Source: Thermodesulfobacteriota bacterium (GTDB lineage: Bacteria; Desulfobacterota_D; UBA1144). From it: a DNA stretch of 22,088 nucleotides. The notes beneath the pieces are model-generated. The model was not told the DNA's origin and searched no databases. It was given only the letters and a program-made list of their open reading frames with translations. Each line of letters starts with the position of its first letter. Positions within the stretch are counted from its first letter, which is position 1. Of the stretch, positions 7,748 through 17,594 are shown piece by piece. The stretch spans positions 1 through 22,088 of the forward strand of contig JAQWMJ010000016.1 in the NCBI GenBank assembly GCA_029246845.1, written 5' to 3'. The position numbers and the translations under genes were made by a program.

Positions 7748-8256
7748 TACTTATTTAGGTTTCCAATCTGATTAATAATTTTTTTTACATAAGTAGGACC
7801 TTCTTCACTATAACTTCCAAGATACTCAGCTAAGACTACAGGGTCGACACTGTTCCAAAGTTTTATTTCAATCATTCGAGCCCTTCGAAGTTCACTATAT
7901 TTATCCGAAACGTTCAAATTGTATATATAATCTTCCACAGAAGCGCACATATTTGGGTATACAACCAAACCGAAGGTAGATTCCTTCATAAGCTTAGGTT
8001 TCATGTGAGGTTTAGTTAGGTCCCAAGTCCTCATTCCAAAGTAATTATTGCCTTCTTTGGCAAAACGTGACCTTCCCCAATTAGATTCAATAATAGCTTG
8101 AGCTACAATCAACTTCTTAGGTATCTTTTTAATTAAATCTATTCCGTCTTGAATTTTATCTGAACAGGAACCAACTTTTTCTATAAATATTAAATTACTA
8201 GCAAATACAGAATGTGTTAGAAAAAGAAAAAAAATAAGAATAGATAAAGTTCTCAT
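7744..8256 (-). CDS. Glucosaminidase-domain (GH73, Bax-like) peptidoglycan hydrolase with signal peptide
   Basis: IPKKLIVAQAIIESNWGRSRFAKEGNNYFGMRTW, SVEDYIYNLN...YSELRRAR and YSEEGPTYVKKI. Confidence 0.88.
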   Translation of the reverse strand: MRTLSILIFFLFLTHSVFASNLIFIEKVGSCSDKIQDGIDLIKKIPKKLIVAQAIIESNWGRSRFAKEGNNYFGMRTWDLTKPHMKPKLMKESTFGLVVYPNMCASVEDYIYNLNVSDKYSELRRARMIEIKLWNSVDPVVLAEYLGSYSEEGPTYVKKIINQIGNLNKY

Positions 8257-8298
8257 TAGGAAAATTTACTTTAAAATAGCCTTTTGACAAATAAATTT

Positions 8299-8481
8299 TC
8301 ATTTAGTTTTTATAGACTCAATCTTAGCTTTTATCTTAGCTTTCTCAATTTTCAACTTTCGCAAAATTGAATCTGTAACGTAAGAATTCCATGAATCAGA
8401 GATTTTGATATCCAAAGCTCTATGTTTAGCTGTCAGATACTCAAGGTTACACTCTGGGTCTTCCCCAGGGTTTTTGTTCAT
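8299..8481 (-). CDS. DUF465/YdcH-like small coiled-coil protein
   Basis: L..KHRALDIKI...LRKLKIEKAKIK pattern; strong SD (GGAGGAG) upstream. Confidence 0.7.
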   Translation of the reverse strand: MNKNPGEDPECNLEYLTAKHRALDIKISDSWNSYVTDSILRKLKIEKAKIKAKIESIKTK

Positions 8482-8691
8482 TTAATCTCCTCCACCTAAA
8501 TCAAAAAATTTATTTTTTCTCTTCAAAGTCGTGCCACAATCAGGACAAGACGAAATAAGATCATATTCTTTTCTTTTATGTTCAACAATAAAAGATATTT
8601 TTTTTTCTATATTCTTAAATTGAAGACATGAAGGACAATAATTTTTTGTTAAAAAATCCGAACTTTTTGCCCTATTTTCTTGTTTATCCAT
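8482..8691 (-). CDS. Small zinc-ribbon protein
   Basis: CPSC...CPDCG motifs and a strong SD (GAGGAGG). Abuts the DUF465 gene. Confidence 0.7.
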   Translation of the reverse strand: MDKQENRAKSSDFLTKNYCPSCLQFKNIEKKISFIVEHKRKEYDLISSCPDCGTTLKRKNKFFDLGGGD

Positions 8692-8829
8692 AAAGAAATC
8701 CTCCTCAAAGCTTAGGGTAAGAGAACAGATGAAGTAAAAAACAGATTCAGTACAATTTCAAATAGCTTCACTTTAATTTTTATCAAATTTTGCCTATAAA
8801 TGTCAAGGATTTAAGTTAATATCATAATA

Positions 8830-9234
8830 ATGAATTTAAAATGGCTCCTTTTAGCTAGTGACGGTAAATTAGGGAGGGGAACTTTTTGGTTAGCTATTCT
8901 TTCGATATATTTTATATCTATGGTTCTCGATGAAGTCGGTAATTCAATTTTTGTTGAAATTGGTGAAGATAGGATTTCTTTTTTAATGTTTTTTATTACT
9001 AAAATGTTTCCAAGGCTTTTTGGCATTTTAATACTTGTTTTTACTTTCTTTATTGCAAAAAAAAGAGTGAACGACATTGGGTCTTCAGAATGGGTTCCAA
9101 TTATATATGTTCTATCACTTTTCTTACCTTCTTTTTTATTAGCAGCAGGACAACCTAATCTTTTTATTTTCTCTGTGATTCTTCCACTTGTATTCACTTT
9201 TTATTTAGGACTAGCATCACCATTAAGAAAATAA
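8830..9234 (+). CDS. DUF805-family membrane protein
   Basis: DGKLGRGTFW (GR..R..W-like) and KKRVNDIGSSEW (RRLHD.G.SGW-like), with 3-4 TM segments. Confidence 0.75.
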   Translation: MNLKWLLLASDGKLGRGTFWLAILSIYFISMVLDEVGNSIFVEIGEDRISFLMFFITKMFPRLFGILILVFTFFIAKKRVNDIGSSEWVPIIYVLSLFLPSFLLAAGQPNLFIFSVILPLVFTFYLGLASPLRK

Positions 9235-9275
9235 AAGTGATAAACAAAAAAGTATATTTAAGTTAAGATATTTAC

Positions 9276-10016
9276 ATGAACATTGAAAATCTTGATCTTC
9301 AATTTTTAAAGTCAAAAACTGTTCTTGTAACAGGCTCGTCAAAAGGAATCGGTCTTTCTATAACTGAAAAGCTTTTGGATCTTGGGAATATAGTAATTGG
9401 AACTTCTAGGGACGTTGACTCCTTAGACGCTTTAAGTAAAAAATTTAATAGAAACTTTTATCCGATGCAGCTAAATCTTGATTCATTTGAATCTGTGGAA
9501 TCCCTAACTCAGAATATAAGTCAAGACTTTGATAAAATTGACGTTTTAATTTGTAATGCCGGGATGCTCGGTGACCTTGAATACATTGAAAACTATAATT
9601 ATGAAACTTGGTGCAAGACTATTACAGTAAACCTAAATAATCAATTCTTATTAATACAAAAACTTATACCTTTCATTGATAAATCTAAAAAGGGTTCAAT
9701 TATTATAACTAGCTCTTCAGTTGGGCAAAAACCTAGAGAAAATTGGGGTGCTTACTCTATTTCAAAGTATGCAATGGAAGGAGTTTCCACTGTGCTATCT
9801 GTAGAATTAAAAAGCAAGAATATTATAGTTAACACAGTAAATCCTGGAGGAACTGCTACATCAATGAGAAGGCAAGCTATGCCAGATGAAGATCAATCTA
9901 AAATTCCACAACCTTCGGACATTTTACCAATTTTTCTTTACTTATCGAGCAATGAAGCATATGAAACTGGTCAATCATTTAATGCTCGAGATTATATAGG
10001 TCTCTTGAATTTTTAA
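9276..10016 (+). CDS. YciK-like short-chain dehydrogenase/reductase
   Basis: TGSSKGIG, CNAG, TSSSVG..PRENWGAYSISK (YxxxK) and NPGGTATSMRRQAMPDED. Confidence 0.9.
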   Translation: MNIENLDLQFLKSKTVLVTGSSKGIGLSITEKLLDLGNIVIGTSRDVDSLDALSKKFNRNFYPMQLNLDSFESVESLTQNISQDFDKIDVLICNAGMLGDLEYIENYNYETWCKTITVNLNNQFLLIQKLIPFIDKSKKGSIIITSSSVGQKPRENWGAYSISKYAMEGVSTVLSVELKSKNIIVNTVNPGGTATSMRRQAMPDEDQSKIPQPSDILPIFLYLSSNEAYETGQSFNARDYIGLLNF

Positions 10017-10059
10017 AAAAAGTTAATATATTGTTTGAATACTTACTAAGGAGATTAGA

Positions 10060-10380
10060 ATGCCTATTTACGAATACGAATGCTTGAAATGTAATAAAAT
10101 ATTCGAAGAGCTACAATCTTTTAGTGATAAAGATGTTACAAAATGTCCGCATTGTAAAAAAGCTAAAGTTAAGAAATTGATTTCACTTTCTTCGTTTCAA
10201 TTAAAAGGCGATGGTTGGTATTCAACAGACTATGCAAGAAAACCTAAGGTAAGCCATACTTCCCCTCCTTCTGAAGGTCAAGATGCAACAAAACAAAGCA
10301 TTGAATCCAGTACAGAGAAAAAAGATGGAAAGTCAGTTGCAGATTCAATAAGCAAAGATATTAAAAAAGCTAAGGGCTAA
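10060..10380 (+). CDS. FmdB-family zinc-ribbon protein
   Basis: [11 protein letters not shown]...CPHC...[19 protein letters not shown] with a low-complexity tail; SD AAGGAG. Confidence 0.92.
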   Translation: MPIYEYECLKCNKIFEELQSFSDKDVTKCPHCKKAKVKKLISLSSFQLKGDGWYSTDYARKPKVSHTSPPSEGQDATKQSIESSTEKKDGKSVADSISKDIKKAKG

Positions 10381-10381
10381 A

Positions 10382-10939
10382 TCAGTAAAGAGTTGTCAAA
10401 ACTTTGAGTGCTTTATTTACCTGTAAATCATCATTTACTTTATCAAAGCTATGAACAGACACCTCATTTTTCAAATCAAACCATGAGGTACACCCTTTAG
10501 CTTCTGAGGAATCATACTCTATTTTTTTTGGTAGCCTTATTTTAAACACATCCAACAAGTAACAAGTAAGTGGGTTTTTTGGTCTAAAATTAAATCTATC
10601 AATTAGATATGAATTTTCCCAAACATGAAAACTATCAAGCAAAATTAATTGGTCAATGTTGGATATTTTATAATTACCAATAATTTGTCCAAAATAGTTA
10701 AGGTCTGCAACTCCAGTATAGGTAGCTGACTGACTTGTTAGATATTTACTATTTCTAAAATCTTTTTTAACAGTCTCATTTGATTCGTGCTCAAAAGTTG
10801 GAAAAAAACCAAAAAAATCTTTTGTTTCTATAAAATCTTTTTCATGGATTCCGCCTTTACGAAAGATTAAGCAAACTTTCTTGTTTTCATAGAATTTTAA
10901 CGCTGACGACCATTCCTTTAAAGCTTTTGTTAAAATCAT
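10382..10939 (-). CDS. DUF1802-family protein
   Basis: ALKEW....., FRKGGIHE, FFPTFEH, HVW....DRFNFRP and GCTSW. Confidence 0.85.
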   Translation of the reverse strand: MILTKALKEWSSALKFYENKKVCLIFRKGGIHEKDFIETKDFFGFFPTFEHESNETVKKDFRNSKYLTSQSATYTGVADLNYFGQIIGNYKISNIDQLILLDSFHVWENSYLIDRFNFRPKNPLTCYLLDVFKIRLPKKIEYDSSEAKGCTSWFDLKNEVSVHSFDKVNDDLQVNKALKVLTTLY

Positions 10940-10952
10940 TACAATCTCACCT

Positions 10953-11546
10953 CTAATTTTTTTCAGCTTTCATTACATTATAACTCTCTATTCCCAATTT
11001 GATTGCACTAACTAATATAATAAAACTTATTATAAGTCCGGCTATTATATCTGGCCACCATGAGTTTAATCTGTAAACTAAAAATCCTGCAACTATAACA
11101 AGTAGATTGCCAAAAGCATCATTTCTACAACATATATATGCACTCTTGAGGTTTACATCCCTATCCTTGAAGGAAAGTAAAACTAAAGTTGATATTATGT
11201 TCACTAAAAGTGCTAAGAAACCAATCCAACCTATAACTTCATAAGAGGGAATCTTCATTGAAATATAGCTTAAATAAACTTGATATAAGGCAAGTAAACC
11301 AAAAAGGCCCCAGATAGAGCATTTGATAATGGCTAGCTTAGCTTTTACTTTTTGAGTCGAAGATATTACCAAGATACTTGTTCCCAATATTACAGCATCG
11401 CCCATATTGTGAGCACTATCACTTAGGAGTGCAGCAGAATTTTCAAGGTAGCCGTAGTAAAGTTCAACAGCGAATATAAAGAAATTTAAAGTAAAAGCAA
11501 TTAATAAAGCATTCATTTCGCTAAAAATAAACTTTAGCTTTTTCAT
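10953..11546 (-). CDS. Cation diffusion facilitator (CDF) transporter lacking the cytoplasmic C-terminal domain
   Basis: SAALLSDSAHNMGDA (TM2), NLKSAYICCRNDAFGN (TM5) and WWPD; about 6 TM helices, ending right after TM6. ATG 11546 is preferred over 11561. Confidence 0.85.
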   Translation of the reverse strand: MKKLKFIFSEMNALLIAFTLNFFIFAVELYYGYLENSAALLSDSAHNMGDAVILGTSILVISSTQKVKAKLAIIKCSIWGLFGLLALYQVYLSYISMKIPSYEVIGWIGFLALLVNIISTLVLLSFKDRDVNLKSAYICCRNDAFGNLLVIVAGFLVYRLNSWWPDIIAGLIISFIILVSAIKLGIESYNVMKAEKN

Positions 11547-11567
11547 AAAAATATTATACATTAAAGT
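11547..11567. promoter_or_regulatory. Bidirectional promoter with overlapping -10 elements
   Basis: Minus-strand TATAAT (11553-11558) lies 6 nt before ATG 11546. Plus-strand TACATT (11557-11562) lies 5 nt before ATG 11568. Confidence 0.55.
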
Positions 11568-12359
11568 ATGGATCTGGGATTAAAAGGTAAATTTGCAATT
11601 GTTTGTGCTTCAACAAAAGGTCTAGGTTTTGCTGTAGTCAAATCTTTACTAGATGAAGGATGCGAAGTTTTAATTTGCTCTTCTAAGGACGTTAATATAT
11701 CAAAAGCAGAAGCCATACTAACCAAAGAGGGGTATGTCAACTTTCATATGCTTAAAGCTGATTTGTCAAAGAATGAAGGTATTGCCAATCTTTTTAAGTT
11801 CGCAACGCTAAAAAGTTCAAAAATTGATATATTGGTAAACAACTGTGGTGGTCCAGACCAAGGGAATTTTGACAACGTTAACGAAGAGCAGCTAATTGAT
11901 GCATTCAATAAAAATTTAAAGAATGTATTCACCTTAACAAAACTTATTCTTCCAATAATGAAAGCTAATAATTGGGGTAGAATCGTTAACATCACCTCAA
12001 CTTCTGCAAAACAACCAATTGATAGCCTCGTTCTTTCAAATATAATGCGCTCAGCTGTTACAGCTTTCTCTAAATCTATCTCTAATGAGTACGCAAAATG
12101 GAATATTATGGTAAACAATGTACTGCCTGGAAGAATTTTGACAGACCGGATTATTGAAATTTCAAACCAAAAAAGTAAAGAAAGCGGAATAGATAAGAGA
12201 GACATACTTGAGGCTTTAGGTCAAGATCTTCCTATTAGGAGAATTGGTAAACCTGAAGAATTCGGACCAATGGTAGCCTTCTTATGCTCTGAGAAAGCAA
12301 GCTATATAACAGGAAATTCTATTAATATTGATGGAGGCCTTGTAAAATCTTTATTTTGA
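11568..12359 (+). CDS. SDR-family oxidoreductase (3-oxoacyl-ACP reductase-like)
   Basis: MDLGLKGK..IVCASTKGLG, DILVNNCGGP, WGRIVNITS, LSNIMR, NNVLPG.I.TDR and SYITG..I.IDGG. Confidence 0.92.
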   Translation: MDLGLKGKFAIVCASTKGLGFAVVKSLLDEGCEVLICSSKDVNISKAEAILTKEGYVNFHMLKADLSKNEGIANLFKFATLKSSKIDILVNNCGGPDQGNFDNVNEEQLIDAFNKNLKNVFTLTKLILPIMKANNWGRIVNITSTSAKQPIDSLVLSNIMRSAVTAFSKSISNEYAKWNIMVNNVLPGRILTDRIIEISNQKSKESGIDKRDILEALGQDLPIRRIGKPEEFGPMVAFLCSEKASYITGNSINIDGGLVKSLF

Positions 12360-12383
12360 GACAACTTAGTGTAAATTTAAATT

Positions 12384-12578
12384 ATGAAGTTTAAAGATAT
12401 TTTACAAAAAACTGAAGACCAAGTCCTAAAAGGCCTTATACTAAAAGTTAAGAACGAAAGCATGAAGAAAGAGATGCTTTGGTCAGAATTAAGAACTTTT
12501 TTAAAAGATTTAAAAGATTATGATGAAGAAGTTTTCATTAAGGTGTCAAGTCTAATCACAGAAAAAAAGTATAAATAA
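12384..12578 (+). CDS. Small hypothetical protein
   Basis: 64-aa helical ORF whose stop overlaps the cysK start (TAATG). TAAATT lies 6 nt before its ATG. Confidence 0.6.
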   Translation: MKFKDILQKTEDQVLKGLILKVKNESMKKEMLWSELRTFLKDLKDYDEEVFIKVSSLITEKKYK

Positions 12579-13498
12579 TGAAAGTCTATAATAATATTTT
12601 AGAAACAATTGGGAACACTCCTATAATTAAGCTATCAAATCTATATGATAATCAAAATGTTGAAATTTACGGAAAACTTGAGAGTTTAAATCCTGCTGGA
12701 AGTATAAAGGACAGAATATGCTTAAAAATGATAGAAGATGCAGAAGATAAAGGTCTTATTGAGCCTACTATTACGACAATTATTGAGCCCACAAGTGGAA
12801 ATACTGGTATAGGTCTTGCTTTAATCTGTGCAACTAAGGGATACAAATTAATCTTAACAATGCCTGAAGATATGAGTGAAGAAAGAAGAAAGATGCTATC
12901 AGCCTATGGGGCTGAAGTTGTATTAACTCCTAAAGACAACCAGATGGAAGGAGCAATTCAAAAATGTAATAAGCTGCTTGGTACAATAAAGAATTCTTTT
13001 TCGCCCAGGCAATTTGATAATTTAAGTAATCCAGAAGCTCATAAAAAAACTACAGCAAAAGAGATAATTGCTCAAATGGGAACTAACATAAACTCTTTTG
13101 TAGCTGGAGTTGGTACAGGTGGTACGATATCAGGAGTAGGCTCTTCATTAAAAGATAAGTTTCCTGATATAAAAATTATTGCTGTTGAGCCATACGAGTG
13201 CCCTACTCTTTCAAGTGGGAAATCCAGTCCACACTTAATACAAGGTATTGGAGCAGGATTTATTCCTCAGACACTAGATAAGAATTCTTATGATGAGGTT
13301 TTAAAAATTAAAGGTAACGAGGCAATAGAGATGACTAAAAAACTAGCGACTAATTACGGCCTGTTTGTTGGCGTTTCTGCAGGTGCAAATGTTCTAGCAT
13401 CCATAATTATTGCAAAAAGATTAAATAAAGGTGATAAAGTAGTCACAATTCTGTGTGATACAGGTGAAAGATATCTAAGTACTGGTATCTTTAGCTAG
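12578..13498 (+). CDS. cysK: Cysteine synthase A
   Basis: IGNTP, NPAGSIKDR (PLP lysine), EPTSGNTG, GVGTGGT, HLIQGIGAGFIP and DTGERYLS. Confidence 0.95.
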   Translation: MKVYNNILETIGNTPIIKLSNLYDNQNVEIYGKLESLNPAGSIKDRICLKMIEDAEDKGLIEPTITTIIEPTSGNTGIGLALICATKGYKLILTMPEDMSEERRKMLSAYGAEVVLTPKDNQMEGAIQKCNKLLGTIKNSFSPRQFDNLSNPEAHKKTTAKEIIAQMGTNINSFVAGVGTGGTISGVGSSLKDKFPDIKIIAVEPYECPTLSSGKSSPHLIQGIGAGFIPQTLDKNSYDEVLKIKGNEAIEMTKKLATNYGLFVGVSAGANVLASIIIAKRLNKGDKVVTILCDTGERYLSTGIFS

Positions 13499-13521
13499 CT
13501 TTATTAGGTATATTGTGTTTT

Positions 13522-15456
13522 ATGAACAACACTTTTGTTAAAAACTTATTTGTTTGGTTTATAATTTTTGCTTCTTTAATGGGTGCCTATCAGATAATTT
13601 CTGAAGGTAAAAAACAATATTCTGATCTAAAATATAGTGAATTTTTAAATGTCGTTGAATCAGGACAAGTTTTACAGCTTGAAATAAAGGGAAATGAGAT
13701 TACAGGTGAATTTTTAGTACCTTCTGGTGACGGAAAACCTGAATATTTTAAGACTTATGGCCCAGTAGGTGAGGATTTACTTTCTAAATTAGCCTCCAAG
13801 AAAATTAATTTTAATTTTGTATCAGATCAAGAAAGTGGACTAATTGGCTTTTTAGTAAATTGGGGACCAATGATTTTCTTAATATTAATAATGGTCTTCT
13901 TTTTCAGACAAATACAAGCCGGAGGCAAGGGAGCAATGAGCTTCGGTAAAAGTAAAGCCAGAATGTTAAACAAAGAAGAAAATAAAAAGAATTTTAATGA
14001 TGTAGCTGGTATTGATGAATCAAAAGAGGAAGTTCAAGAGATTGTTGATTTCCTAAAAAACCCTAAAAAATTTACAAATCTTGGTGGAAGAATTCCTAAA
14101 GGTATACTTTTAGTGGGCTCTCCTGGTACTGGAAAAACTTTGCTTGCCAAGGCAATTGCTGGCGAAGCAATGGTTCCATTCTTTATTATAAGTGGTAGTG
14201 ATTTTGTCGAAATGTTTGTTGGCGTTGGCGCTTCGAGAGTTAGAGACCTTTTTGCGCAAGCTAAGAAAAATTCTCCTTGTATTGTCTTTGTAGACGAGCT
14301 TGATGCTGTTGGAAGACATAGAGGAGCTGGATTGGGTGGTGGTCACGACGAAAGAGAGCAAACACTTAATCAGCTTCTAGTTGAAATGGATGGTTTTGAG
14401 TCAACCGAGGGAATAATAGTTATGGCCGCAACAAATAGGCCTGATGTGTTAGATCCAGCATTACTAAGACCTGGTAGGTTTGACAGGCAAGTTGTAGTCC
14501 CAACACCTGATGTTAGAGGTAGAGAGGCAATTCTAAAAGTCCATACAAGGAATACACCTTTAAGTGAAGATGTAGAGCTCAAAATAGTTGCTAGATCAAC
14601 CCCTGGTTTTTCTGGTGCCGATATAGAAAACTTAGTAAATGAGGCAGCCTTGAAAGCCGCAAGAAGCGATAAAAAAACGCTAGATATGAATGATTTTGAA
14701 TTTGCCAAAGATAAAGTAATCATGGGAACTGAAAGAAGAAGTATGGTCATAAGTGATCATGAAAGAAAAGTAACAGCATATCATGAGGCAGGTCATGCGT
14801 TAGTTGCAAAGCTTACTCCCGGAACTGATCCAGTCCACAAGGTAACAATTATACCGAGAGGTATGGCTCTTGGTCTCACTCAACAACTACCAACTGAAGA
14901 CAAGTACATGCTAACAAGAGACTATTTACTTAAAAGTATTGCTGTTCTTCTTTCTGGTAGAGCTGCTGAAGAAATAATTTATAATGAAAGAACTACAGGG
15001 GCTGGGAACGATCTCGAAAGAGCAACCGAAATGGCTAGAAAAATGGTTACAGAATGGGGCATGTCTGAAAAAGTTGGACCGATAAGACTAGCTCAAAAAG
15101 AAGGAGCTGTTTTTCTTGGAAAGGATATGTCATCTAAGACTGATTATAGTGAAGCTACTAGCCTTGAAGTTGATTCAGAAATTAAACAGATAATAGTTAA
15201 TCAATATGATTATGCGGTTAATCTATTAAAAGAAAACGAGCAAATACTTCACGACTTAGCTAACTTGTTATTAGAAACTGAAACTGTTAATGCCAAACAA
15301 CTAGATGAACTACTAGGAGCAGAGCCATCATCAAAGCCTCCTAAAGATGAAACATCTGGTGGTGCTCCTGTAACATCAGAAAACAAAGATAGTAAAGATT
15401 GGAGCGGATTAAATCCAGATCCAACGACTGCGTTAGAAAACATAAAAAAATCATAA
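13522..15456 (+). CDS. ftsH: ATP-dependent zinc metalloprotease FtsH
   Basis: Two N-terminal TM helices, [36 protein letters not shown] and HEAGH. ATG 13522 is preferred over TTG 13513. Confidence 0.98.
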   Translation: MNNTFVKNLFVWFIIFASLMGAYQIISEGKKQYSDLKYSEFLNVVESGQVLQLEIKGNEITGEFLVPSGDGKPEYFKTYGPVGEDLLSKLASKKINFNFVSDQESGLIGFLVNWGPMIFLILIMVFFFRQIQAGGKGAMSFGKSKARMLNKEENKKNFNDVAGIDESKEEVQEIVDFLKNPKKFTNLGGRIPKGILLVGSPGTGKTLLAKAIAGEAMVPFFIISGSDFVEMFVGVGASRVRDLFAQAKKNSPCIVFVDELDAVGRHRGAGLGGGHDEREQTLNQLLVEMDGFESTEGIIVMAATNRPDVLDPALLRPGRFDRQVVVPTPDVRGREAILKVHTRNTPLSEDVELKIVARSTPGFSGADIENLVNEAALKAARSDKKTLDMNDFEFAKDKVIMGTERRSMVISDHERKVTAYHEAGHALVAKLTPGTDPVHKVTIIPRGMALGLTQQLPTEDKYMLTRDYLLKSIAVLLSGRAAEEIIYNERTTGAGNDLERATEMARKMVTEWGMSEKVGPIRLAQKEGAVFLGKDMSSKTDYSEATSLEVDSEIKQIIVNQYDYAVNLLKENEQILHDLANLLLETETVNAKQLDELLGAEPSSKPPKDETSGGAPVTSENKDSKDWSGLNPDPTTALENIKKS

Positions 15457-15457
15457 A

Positions 15458-16300
15458 ATGTATTTTAAAGTTGGAAAGAAGAATTTTAACCTTACAAGCT
15501 CACCCTTAATTCTTGGTATTCTAAACTTAACTCCTGACTCTTTTTATGATGGCAATCAATATAAAACTAAAAGTTCAATTTTAAAAAGAGTTGAAAAAAT
15601 GATCAAAGAAGGTGCTGATATATTAGATATTGGTGGAGAGTCAACAAGACCAAACTCAAAAAGAATTAGTATTAAAACTGAAAGAGATAGAATATTAAAC
15701 AATATAATTCTTATAAGAAAAAACTTTGATATTCCAATATCAGTAGATACTATGAAAAGTAAAATTGCTGATATGTGCTTAAATGAAGGTGCTGATATTA
15801 TAAATGATGTTACTGGTTATCAATTTGACGAAAAAATGCCTCAAATTATTGCAAAACATAATGCTGCTGTGATATTAAATCATACCTCAGACCTTCCTGA
15901 TAAGATGCAATCAAAAACTACTTACAAAAATTTAATTAATGACATAAAAAAATATCTGAACGATAGAGCTAAGTTAAGTGTTAAGTTTGGAATAAATACT
16001 AAATCTATTGTAATAGATCCAGGTGTAGGGTTTGGCAAGACAACTATTCAAAATCTTAAGCTAATCAAAAATACGAAAGAATTTAAAAAACTTAAGTATC
16101 CTTTAATGTACGGAGTCTCAAATAAAGCTTTTTTAGGAGATATATTAAATATTAAAAACCCAAAGGATAGATTGAATGCGTCGATTATAACCGGGTATGA
16201 ATGTATTAGCCTTGGAGCTAATCTCATAAGAGTTCACAATATCAAGGAGACCAAAGAGATGGTAAAAATTTGGAGTTACTTAAAAGATGTTCGGAACTGA
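15458..16300 (+). CDS. folP: Dihydropteroate synthase
   Basis: GILNLTPDSFYDG, DIGGESTRP, SVDT, INDV, IDPGVGFGK and IRVHN. Confidence 0.96.
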   Translation: MYFKVGKKNFNLTSSPLILGILNLTPDSFYDGNQYKTKSSILKRVEKMIKEGADILDIGGESTRPNSKRISIKTERDRILNNIILIRKNFDIPISVDTMKSKIADMCLNEGADIINDVTGYQFDEKMPQIIAKHNAAVILNHTSDLPDKMQSKTTYKNLINDIKKYLNDRAKLSVKFGINTKSIVIDPGVGFGKTTIQNLKLIKNTKEFKKLKYPLMYGVSNKAFLGDILNIKNPKDRLNASIITGYECISLGANLIRVHNIKETKEMVKIWSYLKDVRN

Positions 16301-17594
16301 TGGTATTAGAGGATTCCCTAATAAGGGGCTTTTTGTTGAAAATAATCTAGTAAGAATTGGTTATTCATTTGGAATATTTTTAAAATTAAAAGACAGTAAT
16401 ATACTAAATATTTTCTTGTCTAAAGATACTCGAGAATCATCAGATTTTATAGAAAAATGCCTAACTAAGGGAATAAATAAGGCTGGCCTGAGTACTATCA
16501 AGCTTGGAGTTTTACCTACTTCATCTTTGTCAATTTTTACTAATAAGTACCCCTATTCTGCAGGAATTATGATTACTGCTTCTCACAATAGCTCTGAATA
16601 TAACGGTATTAAGTTTATAAATAAAAATGGTGAGAAAATTTCATCTAAAGATGAAAAGAAGATTAAGAAGATATTCGAAACTCAAATGAAAGTTAAAAGG
16701 ATAAAGACTAAAAATATTATTTATAAGAACTCCTTAGTAGAGTATGTAAATGAGATTATATTTAAGATATCAGACTTGAAAAAATCAAACTTAAAGTATT
16801 GTGTAGATGTAAGTAATGGTGCCTCTTATAAAGCAACACGAAAGATATTAGGAAATCTTAATCAAAAATTTTCAATTATCTCTGCAAAACCTAATGGTAT
16901 GAATATTAATAAAAAATGTGGCGTTGAACATCTTGCTAAAATTGGTAACTATGTAAGAAAAAATAAGTTAAATTTTGGTGTTTCAATTGATGGTGATGCC
17001 GACAGAATCGTTTTCGTAAACAAACATGGAAAATTAATAGAAGGTGACAAAATTATTGCATTTATTGCAGAAAGCACCTTGAAGAAAGGGTCAAAACTAA
17101 CTACTACTATTATGACTAATAGCATAATAGAAAAAAGATTATCATCTAAAAAAATAGAAGTATTAAGAACAGATGTGGGTGACAAAAATGTTTATCAAAT
17201 GATGAAGAAAGTTAATTCAAGTTTTGGAGGTGAAAACTCAGGACACTATATAATTAGCAACTTATTACAAACATCAGATGCGAATCTCACTTTACTCTAT
17301 ATTCTTCACTTGTTGACCATTAAAGGGAAAGATTTTGATTTTATTGATAAAATAAAACTTAATTCTAATATTTTAAAGAGTTATAATGTTAAAAAGAAAA
17401 AGCCCCTAAAAAATTTCGCTGAGTTAAATTCTTTCATAAGAAGATTTAACAAAACCTTTAGTACAAATGGATATTTAAATATAAGATACTCTGGCACTGA
17501 AAATAAGATTAGAATCCTTATACAAGGATTGAAGAAACAAGAGTTAGAAAATGAAATCAAAGGATTTGAAGAAATTATCAAGGTGTTAAATTGA
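16287..17594 (+). CDS. glmM: Phosphoglucosamine mutase
   Basis: FGTDGIRG, ITASHN..YNGIK, DGDADR, GGENSGH and RYSGTE.KIR; located after folP. Confidence 0.93.
   Translation: MFGTDGIRGFPNKGLFVENNLVRIGYSFGIFLKLKDSNILNIFLSKDTRESSDFIEKCLTKGINKAGLSTIKLGVLPTSSLSIFTNKYPYSAGIMITASHNSSEYNGIKFINKNGEKISSKDEKKIKKIFETQMKVKRIKTKNIIYKNSLVEYVNEIIFKISDLKKSNLKYCVDVSNGASYKATRKILGNLNQKFSIISAKPNGMNINKKCGVEHLAKIGNYVRKNKLNFGVSIDGDADRIVFVNKHGKLIEGDKIIAFIAESTLKKGSKLTTTIMTNSIIEKRLSSKKIEVLRTDVGDKNVYQMMKKVNSSFGGENSGHYIISNLLQTSDANLTLLYILHLLTIKGKDFDFIDKIKLNSNILKSYNVKKKKPLKNFAELNSFIRRFNKTFSTNGYLNIRYSGTENKIRILIQGLKKQELENEIKGFEEIIKVLN

Noticed and set aside
7782..7792. TTTTTACATAA, a partial XerD-arm match
   Set aside because: It lies inside the GH73 coding sequence and has no partner arm.
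7744..8691. Prophage lysis module (GH73 as an endolysin)
   Set aside because: The protein has a signal peptide and a Bax-like signature, and no structural, integrase or terminase genes are nearby.
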